This document shows positions 39,589 through 50,125 of a DNA stretch of 64,000 nt, piece by piece. The notes under the pieces were generated by a model, which was not told the origin of the DNA, made no database searches, and saw nothing but the letters and a program-made list of their open reading frames with translations. Position numbers and translations under genes: made by a program. How positions within the stretch are numbered: position 1 is the stretch's first letter; each line of letters starts with the position of its first letter. Source of the stretch: Callorhinchus milii (Eukaryota); the NCBI RefSeq assembly GCF_018977255.1, contig NW_024704743.1:33792001-33856000 (forward strand). The letters are read 5' to 3'.

Positions 39589-39714
39589 AGGAGTTTCTCT
39601 TACTGCTCTCTGTTGATCCTGGAGCTGACATTACCGCAGAACGGAAAGTAAACAGGAGCACTGTATTGCCTGAGCCACACTCTGTTATTAAGCCTCTCTG
39701 GCAATCGGCATCTT
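39589..39714 (-). CDS. DTNBP1: Candidate alternative DTNBP1 exon: internal first exon (ATG at 39631) and/or 126-nt cassette exon
   Basis: ATG at 39631 gives MSAPGSTESSKRNS plus 1 nt, then donor CCT|gtaggt, phase 1 as required by the 156-nt exon; upstream pyrimidine tract and ttag| acceptor at 39716-39715 give an open 126-nt exon. Confidence 0.6.
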
Positions 39715-40462
39715 CTAACCACAAAAGGAACGAAAGGCACCAAAGATAGACAAGCTGTGGATTTCAGATGCAGCAGAAAACACTGAATGCCAGTTCTCCA
39801 CAGCTCACAGAGATAGCCCATCCAAAGGTTAAACGTGATCTGTCAAGAGATTTGCAGGATACGCAGTGGAAGAAGACATACTTTGGAACAAACCACAAAT
39901 GGTTTAAAAAGAGGGTAGGTAGCAAGACATTAAAGGGACACATACATGGAGAGAAATCAAGCTTACAACTTACATGACTACATGAAATTGAGATTTTGCA
40001 TTTGAAAACATAGTAGTAAATCAATTTTTCATAAATTAAAATACCAAACATCTTTGTTTGTAGTGCACTCTAAATTCATTCATAAATCTCTCCCCTACAC
40101 ATTTCTTATGCTCCATTCCAAACCTTCATAGGTTGATTTGAATGCAACAAAACCTTGATCATAATTGAAGCAAATTGCAGATTAATATACAGAATTCAAA
40201 CAAACTTTATTATATTAAAAAGTTGCTTATTACAAGTCGAGTGCACAGTAGCAGTTTTCCATTAACTTTTCTTCATAATTTTTAAATGCAGGATTTGAAC
40301 TGATTTCCTTTATGGGCTGTACTCCCAGCTAGCCTAGTGGCAATACTAAGAATTATAATGTGTAAACTGTGTCAGTGATTTTCATTCTGTGGAGGGGTAC
40401 CTTAGGAACGTATTCATGTTTTTCACTTTTGTAAATTCAGCATTCCTCCAGTACACACTATT

Positions 40463-40805
40463 CCCTATCAACCTGCCCGCTCCCTTCATTCAGCGGGCTC
40501 CGGTCTGCTCCATGTCTCCCGCCCGACCTGCCCTACCATCGGTGCCCGGGCTTTCAGCCTCTCTGCCTCCACACTCTGAAACTCCATCCCGCGGTCCCTT
40601 TGCCTCGCTTCCTCCCTTGCCTCCTTCAAGGCCGGTCTCAAAACCTTTCTCTTCGAGCCTTTTGTCTCCCTCCCACCTCACTGCCTTCTCTCATCCCTAC
40701 ATCACACCTCCCCCATGCTCGGGCCCTGACACCTGACTGTTTAGCGCTTTGGGATGTCCTCCCGATGTGAAAGGCGCTCTATAAATCCAATTTTGCTGTT
40801 GTTGT
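40463..40805 (+). mobile_element. L2 LINE 3' end
   Basis: Homologous to 8990-9330; (GTT)n tail. Confidence 0.88.
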
Positions 40806-40825
40806 ATCGTACCAATAGCCTGAAC

Positions 40826-41466
40826 CAGGGGGGTTCATCTGGCGGCCCAGAGACCATAACCAGCCCAGGAGATGATTTCATTCAGCCCCCAAAAAAATTT
40901 CACTTCGACCTGCCCGCTCCCTCACTGGCGAACCATCCTCATGTGGCAGCAGCAGGAGTCAGGGGTTGCAGTGGGTATATAGACCCTCTTAGCTGCACCT
41001 CAGCTCCAGAGGTGCTTTCTGACATACTGCATCATTGGGCGACATTATTTCCATTTCCCCAAATCAGCCTTGGGAGGGGCTTCCTGACACTCTGCAGTGA
41101 CGGCTTCAGGAAGCCCCTTCCAAGTTGAGGGAAAGGCAAACTAGTCTCCTTGGCAATCGGATCTTCCCATTTTGTCCCCGCTCTCTGGTGCTCTATTCCT
41201 AGAGTCCCTCACTTGCTCCCTCCCGTCTTTCCAGGCACGTCAGGACCTAACTCTTTGACTGGGCTTTCAGTCATCTTTTCCCCTCCCCAACACACCTCCC
41301 CAGGTCAGGTGCCCAGCCAGCTGTGTCAAGGGCTTTGAGACATCCTTCTGATGTGAAAAAGGTACAGTGTAAATGTTGTTATGTTTCTGGAAGGCAAACT
41401 CAAAAATACTGCATATGTGGCCGTTTCTCAAATAGCCCTCAGCAGCCAAAAGGTTGGACTACCCTG
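40826..41466. mobile_element. hAT (Charlie-like) non-autonomous element with a nested L2 3' fragment
   Basis: Ends CAGGGGGGTTCATC / (reverse complement) CAGGGTAGTCCAAC; 8-bp TSD gcctgaac (40818-40825) / gcctaaac (41467-41474). Confidence 0.65.
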
Positions 41467-44364
41467 GCCTAAACTATGAGATTAAGTTCTAACATGGGGT
41501 TTGAATTCAACTATTAATGCAAGAACATTACCAACCGTAACAAGATAAAATTAAATTAGCAAAATCTCATTGCAAACAAGTTTGGTGAAGAACTTTTGTT
41601 CAGGTGCAAGACCATTGTAAATTTTTGAATTACCAGTGCATAAACATAGCAATGCTCAGTTTTTAAGAAACAATCTTAAAGAGTTACTGGTCACACAATC
41701 TATTCTGTCCCCTTTGATATTGTAAATTTCATAATTTCACAATTCATTATTGTACATTGAAGTTTTTCTACCAGACAGAGCATGTACATATAAAGTGTGA
41801 TATAGTATAAACCTGTTACGTAAATAAAGCAAATGTGCAACATTTACAATGAACTAATGTTAGTCAAATTCAATTTTGATATATTAGCAACTATGTCAAA
41901 GAATCAAATTTGAGAATAAACTACAGTGCACATACTACGCCTGGTCTTTTTTTTAAATGAACGGAGTGAAAGAACCAGATTTTTTAAAATATTGTACTCC
42001 ATAAATGCACACATGCATGTGCAGAAATCAATGTTGAAGCTATATTTCACAATGTTCCAATTTTGAATTAAAACTAGCATCAAACTAGAATAAAAATTAT
42101 ACAAAAATGTACGTGCCCAGGTGAGCAGAATTGCTTAATTTCTTGGTATCTATTGTCTTGTCAATAGACACAGTTGAAAACAATACAGTAACTATACAAA
42201 TAACAATCTGAGAAGCAGCAACACACAATGCTGGAGCCTCCAATGTGGTGGAACTCGCTGCACTTCACATCATGGGATGGAATTCACAATGGTGGCAATG
42301 ACGGCACATGCATAAATTTGTTTCTTCAGTTGCAAACTTAGAAACTTCCTGTTCTAGCTGGCAGATCTTTCAGCTATTGTAGATTAGCAGCCACATCTCG
42401 TTTCATGCCTTTTTACACATCAAAGATTAAACCTATCATGTGTTCAGGGAAACCATGGCAATCTTTAGACTTTGAACTCTCTTTTTTAAAAAAACACCAT
42501 TTAGAGCCAGATTTTTTAAATCAATGGAATGGAAATGAATATATTCAGAAATGGTTCCCACCACTACAATAAACTGGAGGTCAAGAGGAAACCCCCTCAG
42601 ATTTTAAAGACATTTAGGAAAACAAGTCAAAATTCTATTAGATTAAAAAAATTAAGAGAGAATGTATATTTTTAAAGTTTGAGTGTTTTTGTATGTTGGT
42701 TATATAATAATAATCATTGATTATATAATTATTATTGGTTTTACATCATTATTATTAGATCAGTATAAAAATACAGAAATAAAGCCACTTGATTTTTTTC
42801 TACCAACACTTGCAAGATCTGGAATTTATTAAAGTAAAGACTCAAAAAGAATTTCCTTGGAGCTACCAGTAGTCCAAGAGTTAAAGCATAAAACTTAAGT
42901 CCAGAAATTGAATAAAAAATGTCTGCCAGGGACAACAGTAATTAAATCTCCAGATTCTGCTGACGTTCAGGAAGGTTAGTCAACCTTTCTTCACACAATT
43001 TGTCAATAAGCCATTCGATTGAAATTCTGCCTTGTATGCCATCCATTCTCCCACATAACTTATAAATAAGCTCTACAAAAATATCTTTGACAAATAAAAT
43101 GTGAATGAACCTTACGTAGTTTAATTTATTAAATGACAGTAGTAATAATTTATTTGTACCAAGACCATGAATGAAAATTTGTCTCCATTCAGACAAACCT
43201 TTACAGCAAAGTTTGCAATTAATAAATAAATAGATAATCTAAGTCCAAGATGCTTCAGCAACACATTCAAGCTTCAGTCTCTGCCACTGTTAAGCGCTCT
43301 GAAACACTAGCCTGCATGAAGGGTACTACATACAGTGGCATCCACTTTAGGCAGACGCCAGTTAACCCGGGTCATCGGGTAAATCGTTCATTTGTCTTCT
43401 TACCTGTTTTAAATATGCCGGTTGTTTGGACAAAAATCTGGTTACTCCGGACAAAATGCCATGCTGGTCACCGCTGAATGTACTCACTGAGTTCTCATCC
43501 AATGAGAACGGTAATGGGTGGGAGGATCCCTGACATCTTTCCTCTGCTGGGAGGAAGAAGAGGTAAGAGAACCTCCGCTAACCTCAGACGCCTCTTAAGC
43601 CTGTCAAAACATCCGAACCCGAAGTGGCCCTCTTAACAGGCTTCCACTGTAAATGCAACCTCTTGTTGTACAATGTTTCAACATCAAGTGTTCTGATGGT
43701 GAGATTCCCTTCAAATCATTGGTGCCTTTTGTTTGAAGCAAAATTGTTTTGCACTTGGATGTGCACTGATGTGAGCACAAAGCAGAATTTTATATTTTCT
43801 GTTCCACATTTTGCATTCTGCAGATTAGATGTTTTTAAAGAATCGCACAACTAATTATACAAGAATATTTTTGTTTCTGTATCTTTCAATGGAGAGATAT
43901 AAGCAGATCACAAGGCTGAAAGCCCAATGCATTTAGTATCTACTGTATTTATACTATAGAAGGTGTGAGTGCTACAAGCTGCTTCCCCACGTGAAGGGCA
44001 CTATATAAATGCAAGTTGATGATGATGAATCTAATTTCTATTAAAGCATTCATCAGGAGCACCGATCAAGCTATATCTAATGAACTACTGTCAAATGTTC
44101 AATACAAATGCAGCACAAGTCACACGACTAGAAATACAATTTCACTACAGATTCAGTTCAATCACCGCTTCAAGCAGAAAACCATGTTGTATGTTTTGCC
44201 AAATAAACAGAAGTCAACATTGTGATTTTTCTAGAAATTCAGTTAAAGAAAACGAATCCTGCATTTAAAAAAGTCAATACTTCAATATGGGATTAAAACA
44301 TCTGACATAGTTGAATTATCTGGTGGAATAGGCTCAATGGGTTAAATGACCTCCTCCTATTCTA

Positions 44365-44985
44365 CAACAACAAAATTACATTTTTATAGCGCCTTTCACG
44401 TTGGGAGAACGTCCCAAGGCGCTGGACAATTAGTCTTTAAGACCTGAGCTGGGGGTCGGGATCGAGGAGGGTGGGGGGGGGTGGGGAGGAGGAGTGTGAC
44501 CGAAGGCACCGTCAAAAGAGGAGGGTCTTGAAGGAGGCAAGGGAGGGGCCGAGGCGGAGGGACTGCGAGATGGAGTTCCAGAGGGTGGGGGCAGTGTGGC
44601 AGAAGGCCCGTCTGCCAACGGTGGGGCGGGGGACATGAAGCAGGCCGGAGCCCGCTGAGCGGAGGGAGCGGGCAGGTTGGTAGGGGTTAGAAGGTCACAG
44701 AGTTAGGGCCAAGCAAGGCCATGGCGGGCTTTGAAGGAGAGGACCAGGATCTTGAACTGTATCCTCTGTGTGATGGGAAGCCAGTGGAGTTGGGCGAGGA
44801 TGGGGGTGATAGGGTCGCAGAGCCTGGTGCAGGAGAGGCCATAGGCTGCAGAGTTCTGGATGATCTGTAGCCTAGGGAGGCTGACAAGCAGGAAGTTTGC
44901 GTAGTTGAGCCTGGAGGTAATGAATGTGTATATGAGGGTCTCGGCTGCCTACGGAGTGAGACAGTGGCGGAGCCGGGCAACGTTG
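44365..44985 (-). mobile_element. L2 LINE 3' portion
   Basis: Reverse complement homologous to 25695-26330 and 17376-17930. Confidence 0.9.
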
Positions 44986-45153
44986 CATTTTATGTCCCTA
45001 ATTGGCTGAATAATTTCAATCTAACAGTATTATGCAATTATGTTTACTCTTTCAAGTATTTAACCAGATACTTCATATTTTTCAGTTGTAATTTAAACTG
45101 CCACACATGACAGGCACCTCAAAAATGTTTAAATTGGTCTAACGCTACAATGT

Positions 45154-45470
45154 GGAGTCCTGTAGCTCAGTGGTAAGATCACTCGCCTTGCAAGCGAGAC
45201 ACCTGGGTTCAATTCCTGGCAGGGCGAAACCTTGGGCAAGTTTCCTTACTCCACACGCCTAATAATAATCCCTCCAAAAAAATAAATAAATAACAAATTG
45301 GTCATTTTTAATCCACGACTGTTTGTGGGACACTGCTGTGTGCAATTGGCTGCCGCGTTTTGCCCACAAATATACGGTCAATTCACTTTACAGTCTCTTC
45401 TGTGAAGCCCTTTGAGACGTCGAGAAGCTGTGAAATGCGCTATATCAAACGCAAGGATTATTATTATAAT
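45154..45470 (+). mobile_element. tRNA(Ala)-derived SINE, full length
   Basis: Very similar to 3931-4238 and 36904-37224. Confidence 0.93.
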
Positions 45471-45959
45471 TATACCACTTGCCTAATCATTTAGGGAGAA
45501 AATTACAGTAGTCACATGTCTCTCTTCGCTCTGTTATTCATTATGGATTATGGAAGCTGTCTGACAATCATTACAGGGTTCTCATAACACATTAGAAAAC
45601 TTACGTGCAAAGGTATTACTGTAACTTACTGCTCAGCTCCCTTATCATTCTTCCTCAGCTCCTCCCCACCACCAATACTTCTCGTGGAAAAAGTGTAACG
45701 TTTCAGGTAGACTGGAAACCCTTTGCTTAATGTCTCTTACAATAGAGCAGACAAATGTTACTGTTAACCCCACAAGGTTTGCCCACAAGTTTTAAAAAAC
45801 ACATTGTGGAAAGGATAAAGCAAAAGTTGTTAATCCTGAACCATTTGAAGGTTATGACAGTCTGTGGGTTATAATAATTAATGTTTGTTTATCTTGTGGT
45901 ATCTTGTAAAACAATTAAGCATAATTTTTTTCCAGATATGTCAAGCGTTTATGATTTGT

Positions 45960-46325
45960 GGAGTCCTGTAGTGCATTAGTCAGAGCACTAGCTTCACAAG
46001 CGAGAGGACCTGGCTTTGATTCCTGGCCAGGGCGAAACGTTGAGCAAGTTTCCTTACTGCACACATCCTTGTTTACCTAGCAGTAACTAGGAAACTGGTT
46101 GTCAGTCAATTGTTAGATTGCTTTTCTGGGAGTAATAATCGCTTCAAAAAATAAAATTTGTTCACTCAATCCATGACTGCTCACAGGACACTGCTGTGCA
46201 TAATTCGCTGCCCCGTTTCGCCCACAAAATATAGTCAATTCACTTTACAGTATTTTCCATGAAGGGCTTAGAGACGTCTCAAAGACGTGATAAGGCACTA
46301 TATCCAATGCAAGGATTATCATTGT
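45960..46325 (+). mobile_element. tRNA(Ala)-derived SINE, older long form
   Basis: Diverged head plus extra central segment, same tail. Confidence 0.85.
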
Positions 46326-47255
46326 TGTTGCCGTGTATTACAGTATCGGACTCAATGCATTGTAAATACGTTACAGAATAATATATTGCTAAACTATCTA
46401 GATGACAAATTTAAAACTGATTTTTATTGCACTCAGTCTTTAAGCAGCAGTCGAGTGACAGGCTGGAACAGAATAGTACTGCGGTGATCTTTAAACAAAA
46501 TGGCAGAGATTAATGACATTAAAACTGAAAGGGAGGGAAAAATTATGTAAGAAGGAAACCAGTTCTAAAACCTTTATTATGTTCTCAATGAGAAGCCAAT
46601 ATACTCAGTCTATTTTCCTACCCCTGAATACTGCGAAATGCGTTTCCTCTCCGATATATAAATCGACTTGATTTCCTATTTTTTGCCACATTTTGTTCCT
46701 CATTATTGATTTGAATAACGTGAAGTAGAAAATACTATTATTCAAAACCAATCTGATCAGCAAATTCCCACAATTTACATTTGGTCATTGTGTAAATTAG
46801 CAAGTGCAAAGTTCAAGCACTGGTTTATGTATAAACAGGTTAGAATTCCTGGGTACAAAAGCTTGAACTGTAACTAGTTAATATACCCTAACTACAACTT
46901 CCACGCAGGATAGCATCTTAGAGCGCTTTACAGTGGTGGAGCCTGACTCCGAGCCGGAAGGTGGAGGGAGGCGGTCGTAAGCACAGTCGAGGAGGAAAGT
47001 TTTCAGCCAGGACTTGAAACGGGAGAGAGGGGGCAAGGCAGAGGGATTGATTTGCACTTGTGTGCAAAGTGGTGACGTTTTCAAGTTTCATTGGTTTCTC
47101 CAAAAAAATACATACTCCTCCCCCATCTTTCCCCAATAAAGTCATCTGATGCATTAATGGAGAAGACAGTTGTGTAGGTTTGTAACTATTGGACTAGAAA
47201 CTTCCTTGTCAACTTTCCCACTGCCAACATTTGACAAATATGTAGATAATAGAAA

Positions 47256-47968
47256 CAAAAACAGGAGACCGCCAATGTAGTTTACTGCATTTGCTGCTCA
47301 CGATGTGATCTCCTCTACATTAGAGAGACGAAATGCAGCCTGAGTGACCGAGTTGTCGAACACCTCCGTTCTGTCCGCAAGCACAACCTTGAGCTTCCGG
47401 TTTCTTGCCACTTCAACTCTCCCTCCCACTCTGACCTCTCCATCCACGGTCTCCTACACTGTTCTAATGAGTCACAGCGCAAGCTCGAGGAAGAGCACTT
47501 CATTTATCTACTAGGGACCTTATAGCCATCTGGCCTCAATATTGATTTCAACAATTTCAGACCATAATAGCTCACCTTTCCCCTCCCCCTCTTCCGTGAC
47601 CATTACCACATCATTTGGGTCCCAGAAACACCTTTTCTCTCTCTGGTCTGCCTCCTTTGTTGCAATTTTTTACCCCCATTTGTTTTGCATTAACACCCCT
47701 ATTCCCCCACTTTGTTTTGCATCATTAACACCTCATTATCATCCCCTCTACTCTACGCCCATTTTCTCCTTTGTCTTCCTTGCCCTGCCTCCCCCCTCTC
47801 TGTTAGCCCTTAAAAGCCTTTCCCTCCCAACATGCTCCAGTTCTGACGAAGGGTCGTGAACCGAAATGTTGACTCACTTGCCTTTCTCCATAGATGTTGC
47901 CTGACCTGCTGAGTGTTCCCAGTGACTTCTGTGTTTCAGATCTCCAGCATCTGCTGTATTTTGCGTTT
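47256..47968 (+). mobile_element. 5'-truncated Penelope-like retroelement: GIY-YIG endonuclease remnant plus terminal repeat
   Basis: 47265-47567 reads ETANVVYCICCSRCDLLYIRETKCSLSDRVVEHLRSV...PVSCHFNS..H..RKLEEEHFIYLLGTL*PSGLN (NVVY/CxxC/YIGET/HF/GLN motifs, one internal stop); flanked by 15/17 direct repeat. Confidence 0.9.
47839..47874 (+). ncRNA. Minimal hammerhead ribozyme motif in the Penelope terminal repeat
   Basis: AGTT-CTGACGA-AG-GGT(cgtga)ACC-GAAA-TG-TT-GACT; stem III palindrome broken by a C>T change. Confidence 0.6.
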
Positions 47969-48234
47969 TATGTGGACAATAGAAATGGTTTCAGTGCAGT
48001 AGCTTATAATACAGTAACTATCAAATCGTACAGACCATTATCTTATGATTTTGCTGGCTATGCAAGTGTATTATTTTCATATCAGATGTGTACCTTTCAT
48101 ATCAAATATGTATACCTACATATTTTTGCATTTTTGTATCAACAATAGATTTTTGGTTTGCACATCTGAAAATGTTTGCAGTATCTTATGCTGGAGAGGA
48201 AAGAATGGTGATTCATCTATATTATTAGTGGCTG

Positions 48235-48985
48235 CCAGGCTGGCACAGTGACATCCTCACCTCTCAGTCAGAAGGTTGTGGGTTCAAGTGCCAGGTCAGG
48301 TCTTGGAATCACATAATCTAGGATGACACTCCAATCGAGTGCTGGGGGTATGTTGCATTATCGGAGGTGCTGACTGAGATCCCGTCTGCCTGTTCAGATG
48401 GGCATTAAAGATCCTAATGCACTATTCAAAAAGAGAATGGAGTTTCTCCCAATGTCCTGGCCAATATTCCCCCAAATAAAAAATTGGTCACTCACTCCAC
48501 AGCCTATTTGTGAGACATTGCTGTGTGTTAACTGGCTACTGTGTTTCGCCCACAAAATACAGTCAATCCACAAGTATATTATAAGTATATCCTGTGAAGC
48601 ATTTTTTGAGACATCTTGAGGACCTGATAATAATAATAATAATCCTTGCATTTGATATAGCGCTTTTCACGTCGGGAGGACGTCCCAAAGCGCTTCACAG
48701 AACACACTGTAAAGTGAATTGACTGTATATTTGTGGGCGAACGCGGCAGCCAATTGCGCACAGTAATGTCCCACAAACAGTCGTAGATTGAAAATGACCA
48801 ATTTATTATTGTTTTTGTTTTTGGAGGGATTATTATTAGGCGTGTGGAGTAAGGAAACTTGCCCAAGGTTTCGCCCTGTCTGGAACTGAACTCGGGTCTC
48901 TCACTTGCAAAGCGAGTGCTCTAACCACTGAGCTACAGGACTCCACACTAAGACACTATATCAAACGCAGAATTATTATTATACC
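48235..48985 (+). mobile_element. Older DeuSINE/SacSINE-like SINE split by a young SINE insertion
   Basis: Tail gagacatcttgaggacctga|taagacactatatcaaacgcag is interrupted at ~48627. Confidence 0.75.
48627..48944 (-). mobile_element. tRNA(Ala)-derived SINE, young subfamily, full length, nested
   Basis: Near-identical to 19222-19537. Confidence 0.95.
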
Positions 48986-49739
48986 GCAACAATTGTTATC
49001 AGCAATTTGATTATCCATTATTCACAATGGGGAGGTCTAGCACAGTTATTGGATGCAGCTCTTTGAGACTAAAAGACCTTAGTTTCAGAATCACCTGTTG
49101 AAGATGGAACCTGAACATGAAAACTCAAAATAAAAATCAATACAGATCCTGCTGTTAAGCTCCTAACATGCAAACATTCAGAGAGGAGGCCAAAGCAATA
49201 TTCCACTGTGCAATTTATATTTAAATAGATTCATACATTTGTGTCCAATATTAGGTCAATGCTTAATATCTATTTTCAAGTCTCATTAAAAAACTCACTA
49301 GATGAATGCACAATGTGCAAGCCAGATAAACACTGATTGTCATATTAAAGGCATTTGGAAAATAACCAGTATTCTCTTTCTGTACCACCTGAAAAAAAAG
49401 GTTTCTTACATTTCTCTCACTGACTCTCTGCCAAACTCTTAACCAAACACTGCACCTGTTGGATCATATGATGGAGATGCAAGTTCACAGAAAATGGCTG
49501 GTGATTGACCAACTGTAGTTTTGGAAGCAGAACTAAAAATCGAATTAACATGGTCTGAAAATGGTCTTATAGTACAACTAATACATTTGTATTGATTCGA
49601 TTCAGAAACAGTATCAAATTGATTCTAAAAAATACAGTATAAATGGGTGTTAATCTAGAACATTTCAGACGGTACAATCACCCGCCAACACAATCAAGGG
49701 ACAGTCTCAGTCCAGGCTCTCACTAACTTTGGGGCTCAA

Positions 49740-50125
49740 ATCTTCAAACTCCCTGCTACTTGGACTTCCCAGCTCCTCCTACACAGGTTGCAAACAATCC
49801 AAAATTCGGGAGTTTGCGCCCTCTTCCACCTTCAAGTCAATCAACCCTATCCTCGCTCGACTCCACTGGTTCCCCATCCCCCAGCAGATATTAAAATCTT
49901 TGTCCTCACATTCAAATCCCTCCACAGCCTCACCTTACCCTTTCTCTGGAACTTCCTGCAACCCTTTTACCCCAACCGCTCCCTCCACTCCGTGAACACC
50001 AGTCTGTTTCATGTCCCCTCTCGAAACACATCCCAAAGCGCTGAAATCCCATTCAGATTCCCAGTCAGCTGCATGAACTACTTTGTTTCCGATGTGAAAG
50101 GCACTTAAATATAAATGGTTGTTGT
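49740..50125 (+). mobile_element. Old L2 LINE 3' fragment
   Basis: INPILARLHWFPIPQ..KIFVLTFKSLH motif. Confidence 0.8.

Noticed and set aside
39688..39711. Short ORF MPIAREA* upstream of the candidate alternative ATG
   Set aside because: Only meaningful as a uORF if the transcription start lies upstream of it, which cannot be determined from sequence
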